A stretch of DNA of 64,000 nt from an uncultured Pseudomonadota bacterium (lineage in GTDB: Bacteria > Myxococcota_A > Polyangia > Fen-1088). Shown piece after piece: positions 8,178-17,893 of the stretch; position 1 is the first letter of the stretch; each line of letters starts with the position of its first letter. Location: NCBI GenBank assembly GCA_963847705.1, contig CAWKBC010000030.1, positions 448,001-512,000 of the forward strand, in the 5' to 3' direction. The translations under genes were made by a program, and so were the position numbers. A model generated the notes under the pieces. It was not told the DNA's origin. It saw only the letters and a list, made by a program, of their open reading frames with translations, and made no database searches.

Positions 8178-10469
8178 ATGGACGCTGATCAAAAGAAGCT
8201 GGCCAACGCGCTTCCGCAGATCATCTGGACCTGCGATGCCGAGGGGCGCCTCGAGTGGGTGAACGAGCGGTGGGTGGAATTGACCGGACTTACGGAGGAG
8301 GAGTCCCTCCGCGACAAGGAGGCGCTGGTCGCGGTCCACCCCGACGATCGGGCGCAGCTGCAACGGCGTTTCGACGAGGCGCGCGCCGCCGGCAGCCCCT
8401 GTGAGATCGAGTACCGCATCCGCAACCGGCAGGGCGCTTATCGCTTTCACCTTTGCCGGGTGGTGCCGGTCCGGGACGAGGCTGGCGCGATCACGCGGTG
8501 GGTGGCGGCGGCCTTCGACATGCAGGATCGCCGCGAGGCAGAGAGTGCGCTTCGCGCCTCGGAACGACGATTCGAAACGGTCTTTCACCTCAATCCGTTG
8601 CCGTCGGCGATCACCCGCCTGGCCGACGGGACGTTTGTGAGCATGAACGACGCGTTCTTCAGGATGACCGGCTACACCCGGGGGGAGGTGGTCGGCAAGA
8701 GCACCGTCGAGCTCGGCATCTTGACCCCCGAGCGGCGCGCGGCGATCGTCGCCCCGGTCTGGGAGGCGGGGTCGACCGAGTTCGATCTCCCGTTGCGGTG
8801 CAAGGACGGCCGGATTCTCACGCTGGAGGTCGTCATCGCCCGCATCGACTTCGGCGGCGAGCCCTGCCTGCTCATCGTGGCGGTCGACGTGACGGGGCGC
8901 CGCGCGTCCGAGGCCGCCTTGCGACAGAGCGAGGCGCGCGCCCGGGCGCGCGCCGACGAGCTGATGGCCCTCATGGACGCGGTCCCCGCCGCCGTCTGGA
9001 TCGCGCACGACCCTCAATGCCGCGAGGCGCACGGCAACCGGACGGGGCGAGAGCTGTTGCGCTTCGCGGACGGCATGAACATCTCGAAGACGGCCAGTGA
9101 TCCATCCGCGTCGCAGCACTTCAAGATCTTCGCCGACGGCGTGGAGCTCGCTCCCCAGGAGCTCCCGCTGCAACGCGCCGCGCGCGGCATCGAGGTCCGA
9201 AACCACGAGGAGGAGGTTCGCTTCGACGATGGGGAGGTGGTCCACCTCTACGGCAACGCGGTTCCGCTGCGCGATCCCAGCGGCGCTCCCCGGGGATCGA
9301 TCGGGGCCTTCGTCGACGTGACGCGCCTCAAGCAGGCGGAGGCGGCCTTGGTGGAGGCCGATCGCCGGAAGGACGAGTTCCTGGCGCTGCTGTCGCACGA
9401 GCTGCGCAACCCGCTGGCCCCCATCCTCACCGCCGCCCAGATCATGCAGCTCCGCGGGGACGTGGCCACGCCCTACGAGCGCGAGGTCATCGTTCGGCAG
9501 GCCCAGCACCTGGTGCGCCTGGTCGACGATCTGCTCGACGTCTCGCGCCTGGCGCGCGGCAAGGTCACCCTCAGCAAGACACCGATGGAGCTCGCCGCCG
9601 CGGTGGGCAAGGCGGTCGAGGCCACCGCGCCGCTGCTCGAGCAGCGGCGGCACCGGCTGAATCTGTCGGTGGCCGCCCATGGCCTCCCCGTCGACGCGGA
9701 CGAGCAGCGCCTGGCGCAGGTGATCGGGCATCTGCTGACCAACGCCGCGCTCTACACCGATCCCGACGGACGCATCGACGTGACGGGGGTGCGCGAGGGT
9801 GACGAGATCGTCTTGCGGGTTCGCGACAACGGGGCCGGCATCGCCCCGGCCCTCTTGCCGCGGCTGTTCGAGATGTTCGTGCAGGACCCGCGCGGCTCCG
9901 ACCGCACCCAAGGGGGGCTCGGGTTGGGGCTCTCGCTGGTGCGGACGCTGACCGCCCTTCACGGCGGCACCGTCAGCGCCCACAGCGCCGGGGCGGGGCA
10001 GGGGAGCGAGTTCACGTTGCGGCTGCCGGCCTCGGCGCCGCCGGACAACCTCTCGGATGTCCCCCTCCGTCGCACGCGGGAGATCTCCGCCGGCTGCGGG
10101 CATCGGATCCTCGTCGTCGACGACAACCGCGACGCCGCATCGACCATCGGGAGGTTCCTGTCGGAGGTGGGGTACGAGGTGCAGCTCGCCGGCGATGCCT
10201 CGCAAGCGCTGTCGGCGGCGCAGGTGATTCGTCCTCACGTCGCCGTCATCGACATCGGGCTTCCCGTGATGGACGGCTACACGCTGGGACGTGAGCTGCG
10301 CGTCCGGATGGGCGGGGCAGCGCCCGAGCTCATCGCCCTCACCGGCTACGGCCAGGAGCAGGACCAGCGCCGCAGCGCGGAGGCGGGGTTCGCGGCGCAC
10401 CTGGTGAAGCCGGTCGACGCCGAGAAGCTCACCCGGCTGGTCGACGCGCTGCTGGGCAAGGCCAGCTGA
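8178..10469 (+). CDS. Cytoplasmic hybrid sensor histidine kinase (three PAS domains, HisKA, HATPase, REC)
   Basis: PAS/PAC repeats, H-box [21 protein letters not shown], and REC ILVVDDN...DIGLP...KP. Confidence 0.95.
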   Translation: MDADQKKLANALPQIIWTCDAEGRLEWVNERWVELTGLTEEESLRDKEALVAVHPDDRAQLQRRFDEARAAGSPCEIEYRIRNRQGAYRFHLCRVVPVRDEAGAITRWVAAAFDMQDRREAESALRASERRFETVFHLNPLPSAITRLADGTFVSMNDAFFRMTGYTRGEVVGKSTVELGILTPERRAAIVAPVWEAGSTEFDLPLRCKDGRILTLEVVIARIDFGGEPCLLIVAVDVTGRRASEAALRQSEARARARADELMALMDAVPAAVWIAHDPQCREAHGNRTGRELLRFADGMNISKTASDPSASQHFKIFADGVELAPQELPLQRAARGIEVRNHEEEVRFDDGEVVHLYGNAVPLRDPSGAPRGSIGAFVDVTRLKQAEAALVEADRRKDEFLALLSHELRNPLAPILTAAQIMQLRGDVATPYEREVIVRQAQHLVRLVDDLLDVSRLARGKVTLSKTPMELAAAVGKAVEATAPLLEQRRHRLNLSVAAHGLPVDADEQRLAQVIGHLLTNAALYTDPDGRIDVTGVREGDEIVLRVRDNGAGIAPALLPRLFEMFVQDPRGSDRTQGGLGLGLSLVRTLTALHGGTVSAHSAGAGQGSEFTLRLPASAPPDNLSDVPLRRTREISAGCGHRILVVDDNRDAASTIGRFLSEVGYEVQLAGDASQALSAAQVIRPHVAVIDIGLPVMDGYTLGRELRVRMGGAAPELIALTGYGQEQDQRRSAEAGFAAHLVKPVDAEKLTRLVDALLGKAS

Positions 10470-10475
10470 AGGTGC

Positions 10476-10664
10476 CTATTCGACCCGGATCAGAAACGGG
10501 TGGCGATCATCGTCTCGCCAGCAGGCAGCCAGCAAAGGATCGGCGAAGCGCCCGTTGCCGCCGACGTCCAGCCCACCGAGCTCGCTCCAATCGTAGGCGT
10601 GGAGCTGGAAGAGGTTCTCCAGCACCGGCTGCTCCGCTGGGCCGGCCGGGTCGAGCGTGATCAT
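10476..10664 (-). pseudogene. Truncated GNAT acetyltransferase (N-terminal 62 aa only)
   Basis: LENLFQL..YD.SE....DV...GRF....L...W....R.PFLIRV matches the N-terminus of a GNAT family. It stops at the convergent kinase gene and lacks the acetyl-CoA motif. Confidence 0.65.
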
Positions 10665-10686
10665 CGGGCTCGGGGCGCGGAGCGGG

Positions 10687-11118
10687 TCAGGGGCCGAGGA
10701 CCCGGATGTCCGAGATGAAGTAGGTGGTGTCGCCGAAGCAGGAGCTCGGGATGCCGCGCTTCTCCTTGTAGTGGAGGGCGACCCGCTTCCCCTCGGCGTC
10801 CTGGATTCGTTTCACCGTATCGTCGTCTCGCACCGTGAATGAAAAAATCGTCGGCGTGGCTCCCGGCACCGGCGTCATCGCCAGCTCGCCTTCCCAGGTC
10901 CGGCAGAGCCACCCGCGGTGGGAGAACTTCTGGACGTAGCCGATTCGGTCGCCGTCCGAGTAGCTGAAGGTGAGCGTGATGAGCGTCCAGAGCGAGCCAG
11001 CCCCGACCACCACCGCCAGGAACCCGAAGAGGATGATCTTCCAGCGGTGCCGGCGGAAGAACGTCGTGGGCGGAGAAGGCGTGGGCGGAGAAGGCAGCGT
11101 AGCGATCTCGGTGGTCAC
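10687..11118 (-). CDS. Conserved single-TM hypothetical protein
   Basis: TM helix followed by YSDG.R.GYVQKFS.RGW.C.TWEGEL, a conserved family motif. Start uncertain (11118 or 11154). Confidence 0.8.
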   Translation of the reverse strand: MTTEIATLPSPPTPSPPTTFFRRHRWKIILFGFLAVVVGAGSLWTLITLTFSYSDGDRIGYVQKFSHRGWLCRTWEGELAMTPVPGATPTIFSFTVRDDDTVKRIQDAEGKRVALHYKEKRGIPSSCFGDTTYFISDIRVLGP

Positions 11119-11348
11119 CTGTCCGAGGCTACGGCGGATTCCGCCCGCTGCCAACGACCGGCGCCCTCCGGTTTTCAGTGACTCGGAGGACTGTGGCCGC
11201 GCGCGCGATCACGCGGAGCGAAGGGCTCCTTCCAGGGGCCGTCCATCCCCGGGGCGTGGCTGAGCTTCCGGCGGGCGTCCGTTGGTCGGTCCGATCGGGG
11301 CTGGATCGTCAGCACGTCAATGAATAGGGATCAGCCAAGGAGGCGACC

Positions 11349-11790
11349 ATGAACGAGGATCTCACCGCCAAGGCCAACGTCACGATTCACGCGCCGATAG
11401 CAAAGGTGTGGGACGCCCTGGTCAATCCGCAGGTGATCAAGCGCTACATGTTCGGCGCGACCGCGGTGTCCGACTGGAAGGAAGGGAGCCCCATCGCCTG
11501 GAAGGGCGAATGGAAGGGCAAGCCGTTCGAGGACAAAGGCCGCATCCTCGAGCTTCGACCGGAGGAGCGGCTGCGATACAGCCACTTCAGTCCTCTCTCC
11601 GGAGCTCCCGACAAACCCGAGAACTATCACCAGGTCACCATCGACCTTTCGGAGCAGGAGGGCCAGGAGGACGGAGTCCGGCTCGAATCTCTCCCAGGAC
11701 AACAACAAGACCAAGGAAGCGCGCGACGAGTCGCAGCGAAATTGGGCGATGATGCTCGAGAGCGTCAAGAAGGTGGTCGAGCAATCGTAG
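11349..11790 (+). pseudogene. SRPBCC/AHSA1 protein with a +1 frameshift near 11686 (possibly a sequencing artefact)
   Basis: AGGAGG RBS. N-part VWDAL.NP..IK.YMFG...SDW..GS.I.W.GEW. The family C-terminus LSQDNN...E....S..NW.MML..VK continues in a shifted frame to TAG 11790. Confidence 0.85.
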
Positions 11791-11915
11791 CGGTCTGTTC
11801 GTTGCCAAGCATACCGGCGTCGCGTACTGTCTCCCTACCGGAAGGGCCGTCACGGAGGGGCCGTCCGGGTGATCGGCCAGCATAGCGACCTGGTGGACCC
11901 CGTCGAGAGGACACC

Positions 11916-12311
11916 TTGGAAGATCTGGCCACACCGACTGTCGAGACCGAAATCCCCGCGCCTGTCCGTCACGTGGCGCCGCGCCCCAACTGTCAGATCG
12001 CCTTCGTGGGTACCACCGCCAGCGAGCCTCCGCGGGCGGAGGTGTACGCCTGGCTGGCCAAGTTGGGACTCTTGACCGCGTCCATGACCGAGGGGCGCGT
12101 GGTGATCGAGGCGGTCGATCAAGACCACAAAGAGCGGCGCTATCGGGTTCGGATGGACCTCACCATGCCACACGGGGTCGTGACCGTCGGCCACGATCAT
12201 CCGAACAACGGGGCGCACGAGGACATCTACGTGGCCATCCGCAACGCCTTTCGGGCGGGGCGGCGCGAGCTCGAGGCCTATTCGCTGTCCCAGGGCGCGC
12301 CCGCGAGGTGA
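11916..12311 (+). CDS. HPF/RaiA-like ribosome-associated protein
   Basis: YRVRMDLTMP...V.V......HEDIYVAIRNAF....R.L signature. Confidence 0.7.
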   Translation: MEDLATPTVETEIPAPVRHVAPRPNCQIAFVGTTASEPPRAEVYAWLAKLGLLTASMTEGRVVIEAVDQDHKERRYRVRMDLTMPHGVVTVGHDHPNNGAHEDIYVAIRNAFRAGRRELEAYSLSQGAPAR

Positions 12312-12469
12312 GCACGAACGACCGGCCGGTCGTCGAGCTGGATCAACCCGCTGCCGGCCTGGCGCGCCAGGTGGTCTGGCCCGGGGAGGTCCCGACGGAA
12401 TGAACAAGATCCCGCCCGCCCCTGGCGCCGGCTGCTAACATCCAAGCGGCGCGTGCCGCGGGAGCGACC

Positions 12470-13927
12470 ATGGCCCAGCTGACCAGCATTCTCTCGAAAC
12501 ATCCCGACGATGCGGCGCCGGGCGCGCCCGTGGCCGTCACCGAGGTTCGTTCCCGCCCGCGCCCCGCGCCGACCTCGCTGGCGGGGTGGGGCAACAACCT
12601 GCGCGCCGACTGCCTGTTGGCAGAGCCCGAGCTTCCGGGCGAGGTGATGGCCTCTCTCGATCGCGCCGGGACGGTGGCGCGCGGCCTCGGGCGCAGCTAT
12701 GGCGACGCCGCGCTCAACGGCGGCGGCCAGGTGCTGGGGCTGCGCAAGCTCGATCGCTTCCTGGCCTTCGACGAGGCGACCGGCACCCTGACCTGCGAGG
12801 CCGGGGTGAGCCTCGACGAGATCATCCGCAGCTTCGCGCCGCGCGGCTGGTTCCCGATGATCACGCCGGGGACCAAGTTCGTGACCGTGGGCGGCTGCAT
12901 CGCCAACGACATCCACGGCAAGGCGCACCACGTGCAGGGCTGCTTCAGCGCCTCGGTCGACGCGCTGACGGTGTTGCTGGCCAGCGGCGCGGTGGTCGAG
13001 GCCACGCGCGAGATCAACAGCGACCTCTTCTGGGGGACCTTCGGCGGGATGGGGCTCCTCGGCGTGGTGCTGACGGCGACCATCCGGCTGCGCCGCATCG
13101 AGACCACCTACTTCCGACAGCGGTCGATCAAGGTCGGCGATCTCGCCGAGATGCTGGCGGCGCTCGACGAACAGGACAAATCCTTCCCTTACTCGGTGGC
13201 GACCATCGACGTCCTGGCGACCGGGGCGCGGCTGGGGCGCGGGGTGATCACCGTCGGCGATCACGCGCGGCGGGACGAGCTGCCGCCCAGCTTCGCCGCC
13301 GACCCGTTGCGCGTCTCGGGGCCGCCCAAGGTGACCGTCCCCTTCGAGCTCCCCGAGCTGACGTTGAACCGACTCAGCATCCGGGCGGTGAACGCGTTCA
13401 TCCAGCGGACGCAGGCATCCGCCGCCCCGTTTGGCCACTACGAGGGGTTCTTTTACCCCCTCGACAAGATCGCGCACTGGAACCGTGGTTATGGCCGGCG
13501 CGGCTTCACCCAGTACCAGTTCGTCATCCCCTTCGCCGACGGTCTGCCGCGCATGCGCGAGATCCTGAGCGCGATCCTCTCGGCGGGCGAGCTGCCCTTT
13601 CTCAACGTGCTCAAACGGTTCGGCCGGGAGAGCGGCGGCGTGCTGTCATTTCCCTGCGACGGCTACACACTGGCCATCGATTTTCCGATCCGCGCCAACA
13701 CGGTGGCGCTCTTGCGGCGGCTCGACGCGATGGTGCTCGCCGCCGGCGGCCGCGTCTATCTGGGCAAGGACGCCTACCTCCAGGCGGCGACCTTTCGTGC
13801 CATGTACCCGGCGCTCGATCGCTGGCTGGCGATCAAGGCCAAGTACGACCCGGAGGGCGTCTTCACCTCCGACCTCGGACGCCGGGTGGGCCTGGTCCCT
13901 GCGACCCCGGGTGGCGCGCGCTCTTGA
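12470..13927 (+). CDS. FAD-binding oxidoreductase, DprE1-like
   Basis: RGLGRSYGDAA, TPGTKFVTVGGCIANDIHGK.HH, YG..GF.QYQ and GRVYLGKD. Confidence 0.92.
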   Translation: MAQLTSILSKHPDDAAPGAPVAVTEVRSRPRPAPTSLAGWGNNLRADCLLAEPELPGEVMASLDRAGTVARGLGRSYGDAALNGGGQVLGLRKLDRFLAFDEATGTLTCEAGVSLDEIIRSFAPRGWFPMITPGTKFVTVGGCIANDIHGKAHHVQGCFSASVDALTVLLASGAVVEATREINSDLFWGTFGGMGLLGVVLTATIRLRRIETTYFRQRSIKVGDLAEMLAALDEQDKSFPYSVATIDVLATGARLGRGVITVGDHARRDELPPSFAADPLRVSGPPKVTVPFELPELTLNRLSIRAVNAFIQRTQASAAPFGHYEGFFYPLDKIAHWNRGYGRRGFTQYQFVIPFADGLPRMREILSAILSAGELPFLNVLKRFGRESGGVLSFPCDGYTLAIDFPIRANTVALLRRLDAMVLAAGGRVYLGKDAYLQAATFRAMYPALDRWLAIKAKYDPEGVFTSDLGRRVGLVPATPGGARS

Positions 13928-13929
13928 TC

Positions 13930-14823
13930 ATGCCGGCGGTGTGGTCGGTGGCGCTGCTCGCGGTGGTCTCGGCCCCCGATCACGCGGCCGCTCCCTCCTC
14001 GGTGGCGCCGATCGCGCCGGCAGCGCTGGCCAGTTCGCCGAGGTCCGCCTCTCCGCCCCAGATGTGCGTGCATCGGTCTGGGGGGAGCCGGGCGGCGAAG
14101 GCCCTCCCCACGTATGTCACCGTCGTCCCTCAGGGCGGAGGAGCACCCCAGGAGCTCGGAGCGGTGATGTCCAGGGAGCTCAAGTGCTTCCTGGTCCCGA
14201 GCGGCTCCTTCTCTGTCCGGTTGAACAACCACAGTCTGGCGAGCGCACCCCCGGACGCACCTGCAACGGACGTCTGTGCCAATCGGATCGAGGTCTCCGG
14301 ACTGCGGGCAGGCTGGATCCAGGTCTCGCTGCACGCCCAAGGGGGAAGGCCAGGCTGTCCGTGGACCGTCAGGTCGAAGGTCGGCTCCGGACCGCTGCCG
14401 ACCATCGCTCCGCGCAACGCGGAGATGGTCGAGAAGGACTTCGTCGTCTTGCCCGCCATCACTTCGTACACCGAGGCGCACCAGGTCGCGCGCACGGCCG
14501 CGCGCCGCCTGGGGCTCAAGCTCGATCTGCGGCGCGCGCGTCCGGATGGTTACGGACGCCTCACGTTTCCGCCCGCCGACTGCAAGGCCAATGGCCGGGT
14601 GTATCCCTGCTTCGTGTCGCGCGGCCGGCAGGACGACGGCACCTACGTCAGCGTCGATCTGGCTGACCGGTTCTTCGACAACGAGGCCCGGGGCTATCTG
14701 GTCATTCTGGGCAGCGGGCCGAAGGACGATCCCTCCACCCGCGCGCTGGCGGAGAAGGCCCGATCGCTCTATCCGTTGGCCGAGCTCCGCACCGACGACG
14801 TCTGGCAGGGCCGCATTCGCTGA
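13930..14823 (+). CDS. Secreted hypothetical protein
   Basis: ATG 2 nt after the dprE1-like stop. Signal peptide and paired Cys. Confidence 0.65.
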   Translation: MPAVWSVALLAVVSAPDHAAAPSSVAPIAPAALASSPRSASPPQMCVHRSGGSRAAKALPTYVTVVPQGGGAPQELGAVMSRELKCFLVPSGSFSVRLNNHSLASAPPDAPATDVCANRIEVSGLRAGWIQVSLHAQGGRPGCPWTVRSKVGSGPLPTIAPRNAEMVEKDFVVLPAITSYTEAHQVARTAARRLGLKLDLRRARPDGYGRLTFPPADCKANGRVYPCFVSRGRQDDGTYVSVDLADRFFDNEARGYLVILGSGPKDDPSTRALAEKARSLYPLAELRTDDVWQGRIR

Positions 14824-14875
14824 GAGTTGTCGAGTTCGGTCGCCGGCGATGACTGCGCGGTAGAGTTCGTTCGCC

Positions 14876-15346
14876 ATGGAGCACAGCTACAAGCAGATCT
14901 CCGCTATCGACCTGCCGCTCTTGAAGTCCCTCCTCGCGGTCTTCGGAGAGGCGTTCGGAGAGCCCGACACTTATCAAGGCGCGGTGCCGACGGATGCGTA
15001 CCTCGAGGCGCTGCTCCGCAAGCCCCATTTCATCGCGCTCGCGGCCCTGCGCGGCGAGGAGGTGGTCGGCGGCCTCGCCGCGTACGAGCTGGAGAAGTTC
15101 GAGCGAGCGCGGAGCGAGATCTACATCTACGACCTCGCGGTGCGGGAGGCGGATCGCCGAAAAGGGGTGGCCACCGGCCTCATCCGCGCGCTGGGGCGCA
15201 TCGCGCAGGAGCGCGGCGCCCACGTCATGTTCGTGCAGGCGGATCGGGGAGATGATCCCGCCATTCGGCTCTACGAGTCCCTCGGCACGCGCGAGGATGT
15301 CTACCACTTCGACATCGCGCCGACCGATCGCGGCTCCGCGCGCTGA
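14876..15346 (+). CDS. AAC(3)-I-like aminoglycoside 3-N-acetyltransferase (GNAT)
   Basis: FGEAF.E..TY, GGLAAY.L.KFE..RSEIYIYDLAV...RR.G.AT and VQAD.GDDPAI.LY..LG.RE.V.HFDI. Confidence 0.85.
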   Translation: MEHSYKQISAIDLPLLKSLLAVFGEAFGEPDTYQGAVPTDAYLEALLRKPHFIALAALRGEEVVGGLAAYELEKFERARSEIYIYDLAVREADRRKGVATGLIRALGRIAQERGAHVMFVQADRGDDPAIRLYESLGTREDVYHFDIAPTDRGSAR

Positions 15347-15360
15347 TCGCGCCTTCTGTC

Positions 15361-15588
15361 TCAGGCGGAGCGTTCGCGGTCGTGGCGGAGGGCCCCGACC
15401 GCGTGGTGGCGCTTGGGGCAGAGGTAGATGATCGCGCCGCGCGGATCGCCTTCGAGCCGCGCGTGGGGACGACCGAGCTGGCCGCACACCGCGCAGCGCA
15501 AGCGCCCGGCGCCGTCCCCTGGCAGGAGCGGAAGGTGGGCTGCGCGCGGTTCAGGGCAAAGCGTGCAGGCGGCTGGAGATGCGCTCAC
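15361..15588 (-). CDS. Small Cys/His-rich putative zinc-binding protein
   Basis: CTLC, CAVC and CPKRHH. GTG start has TACCCT 6 nt upstream. Confidence 0.5.
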   Translation of the reverse strand: MSASPAACTLCPEPRAAHLPLLPGDGAGRLRCAVCGQLGRPHARLEGDPRGAIIYLCPKRHHAVGALRHDRERSA

Positions 15589-15646
15589 CGCACCAGGGTA
15601 GATCACCTGCGCGTCGGGCGGCTGATTTTCGCTTTCGGGTCGCCGC

Positions 15647-15973
15647 TCAGTCACTCTCTGGCGCGCCTCGCCTCTCGGCGTTGGCGTGGTCCGGCACGCC
15701 ATGGTCTTGCGCCCCTTCGGTCGTCTGGGTGCTCGGGTTGACGGTGTCTCCCGTGCTTCGCGCCTCCGCCGCCGCGTGGTCGGGGACGCCGGCCGGCGGC
15801 TCAGGGGTCGCGGTCGACGTGTCTCCCACGCTGCGCGCCTCGGCCGCGGCATGATCCGGAACCGTCCCCGTGTCCGTACCGCTGCTTCCGCTGTCGGCGA
15901 AGGCCATGCTGGGCAGCAATCCCACCGCCCCGCTGAGGATCGCCGCCCGTAGCTTCGCGCTGATCGTCGTCAT
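15647..15973 (-). CDS. Small secreted repeat protein (3x VPDHA.AE.R)
   Basis: AAGGAG RBS, signal peptide ending AFA, three internal repeats. Confidence 0.8.
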   Translation of the reverse strand: MTTISAKLRAAILSGAVGLLPSMAFADSGSSGTDTGTVPDHAAAEARSVGDTSTATPEPPAGVPDHAAAEARSTGDTVNPSTQTTEGAQDHGVPDHANAERRGAPESD

Positions 15974-16126
15974 TGCTCAGCTCCTTGCTGGACCGGCCTT
16001 CCGAAGGCCAGGGTCTCACCTGAGATTTAAGGGCGGCCACCCGCGAGGCAAGCACGGCCGAGGCGCGGCGGCGGCCGATGAACGAGGCTTGCCGAAATCG
16101 ACGCCGCGAGCGTTCTGATCGCGGTC

Positions 16127-16310
16127 ATGAAACCGCGGATCACCTTCGTCACCCTCGACGTCGACGACCTCGAGCGCTCGCTGGCGTCTTTACCGTGACG
16201 GTCTGGAGCTGTCGACGCAGGGGATCATCGGCCAGGAGCTCGAGTACGGCGTGGCGGCTTTTCTCGAGCTCGAGGGCGGGCCCCACCTCTTCGGCGGAGG
16301 CGCTGTAGCG
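16127..16310 (+). pseudogene. Frameshifted, truncated VOC/glyoxalase gene
   Basis: MKPRITFVTLDVDDLERSLA, then a frameshift near 16187 to YRDGLELSTQGIIGQELEYGVAAFLELEGG. Similarity is lost after that. Confidence 0.75.
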
Positions 16311-16591
16311 GACACGCCGGGGCGGACACGCTGCCGGGCCTTCCGAACGTGTCGTGTCACGAAGGGTGCCGCCGTCATCAAACTGTTTTCTGGCGGGCGT
16401 AACGGTGGAACGCGATTGGCTTTTTCCGACGAGAAGCAGGACTTCCCGAAACGGCCGGGGACACGTCAGGAACCCCGCGATTCTCCTCGATTTCCTCGCG
16501 TTCAATTATGGGGCAAGATACTGGCCGACTCTGGTAGAGAGTCGGGTCGGACGGCGACCTCGAAGCCTAACCTTAGCCCCCAGGAGTACGC

Positions 16592-17842
16592 ATGCCCCGA
16601 TCGAGATTGATCCTCGCCAGCAGCTCTCTCGCTGTGCTGTTTTCCTTCGCTGGGTGTGCCGCGCCTGCTTCCGGAGGTGGGGGGACGGGCGGTTCGTCTT
16701 CTTCCACAGGCGGATCGACCGGCACGGGTGGTTCGTCCGCGTCGACGGGCGGGACGACCGGCAGCGGCGGTTCATCCTCCACGGGCGGGAGCACGGGGAC
16801 GGGCGGTGTGCAGACGACATCGACGGGCGGGACGACGGGCAAGGGTGGTTCGACCGGCACGGGTGGTTCGACCGGCACGGGTGGTTCGTCCTCGTCGACG
16901 GGCGGATCGACCGGCTCGGGCGGTTCGCCCGCCACGGGCGGCTCCACGGGGACGGGCGGCACCACCTCGTCGTCCACGGGTGGCAACCCCGGCACGGGCG
17001 GCACGATCGTCGACCAAGGCGGGATGCCCCTGGCGAAGCCTGGCGCCACCACCAGCACCTCGAATGCCTATTTGAATCTGGGCGACATGCGCCTGCTCAA
17101 CAACCGCTGGGGCTCCATCGATCTGAACTGCACGAACGCGCAGCAAAGTGTCTTCGTCAACAGCGACAAGACGATCGGCTGGAGCTTCAACCGGGGGAAC
17201 TGCGGTGAGCAGAACCACGCCAATCCGGACTTCCCCGAGGTGGAGTTCGGCGTGGCGCCGTTCGGAAAGACGAGCTCGCTGCTGACGTCGCCAGCGTACT
17301 CGTCGACGACGCTGCTGCCGATCCAGCTCTCGGCCCTGACGAGCGCCAGCGTCACGATGGACAACTTCTCGACGACCTTTTCGAACCCGACATACTGGGA
17401 CGCCAACTTCGAGTTCTGGATCAGCAAGAACGATCCGACCACGAACGACGACGGCGGTGTCTACGCGGAGATCATCACCTTCGTGGGATGGAACAGCACC
17501 CGGCAGACCGGCGCCACCACCAGCTGGGCCTGCCAGATCAGCGGAAAAACCGTCCCCAACAGCAACTTCTCGCTCTGTCACCAGAGCGACACCTGGGCCA
17601 GCGGGTGGCGCTTCTTCAACTTCCTCGCCGGCAGCGGGACGAGCAACTACTCCGGCAAGGCGGACGTCAAGGCGATCCTCGACTACGTCAGGAGCCAGTA
17701 CAGCGGGTTCACGGACAGCATGTACCTGACCCGTATCGAGGTCGGCACCGAGATCGACGACAACACCGCCGGCTCGTCGAAGACGAACAACCTGACCTTC
17801 GAGGTCAACGGCGTCTCCAAGTCGATCCAGCTCGGGAATTGA
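16592..17842 (+). CDS. Lipoprotein with Gly/Ser/Thr linker and GH12-like glycoside hydrolase domain
   Basis: Lipobox FAGC and ~110 aa of GGSTGT repeats. LLNNRWG, an AEIITF Glu motif and IEVGTE resemble the GH12 catalytic regions. Confidence 0.75.
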   Translation: MPRSRLILASSSLAVLFSFAGCAAPASGGGGTGGSSSSTGGSTGTGGSSASTGGTTGSGGSSSTGGSTGTGGVQTTSTGGTTGKGGSTGTGGSTGTGGSSSSTGGSTGSGGSPATGGSTGTGGTTSSSTGGNPGTGGTIVDQGGMPLAKPGATTSTSNAYLNLGDMRLLNNRWGSIDLNCTNAQQSVFVNSDKTIGWSFNRGNCGEQNHANPDFPEVEFGVAPFGKTSSLLTSPAYSSTTLLPIQLSALTSASVTMDNFSTTFSNPTYWDANFEFWISKNDPTTNDDGGVYAEIITFVGWNSTRQTGATTSWACQISGKTVPNSNFSLCHQSDTWASGWRFFNFLAGSGTSNYSGKADVKAILDYVRSQYSGFTDSMYLTRIEVGTEIDDNTAGSSKTNNLTFEVNGVSKSIQLGN

Positions 17843-17847
17843 TCCAG

Positions 17848-17870
17848 GCGGGCCCCCCCAGGGGGCCCGC
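17848..17870. terminator. GC-rich hairpin between convergent genes
   Basis: gcgggccccc-cca-gggggcccgc 10-bp stem. No U tract. Confidence 0.5.
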
Positions 17871-17893
17871 GTTGGCCCACGTCCCCGTGCGAG

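Noticed and set aside
11685-11690. Programmed ribosomal frameshifting in the SRPBCC and esterase genes
   Set aside because: No slippery heptamer or stimulatory structure. The shared GATC context is better explained by a sequencing artefact.
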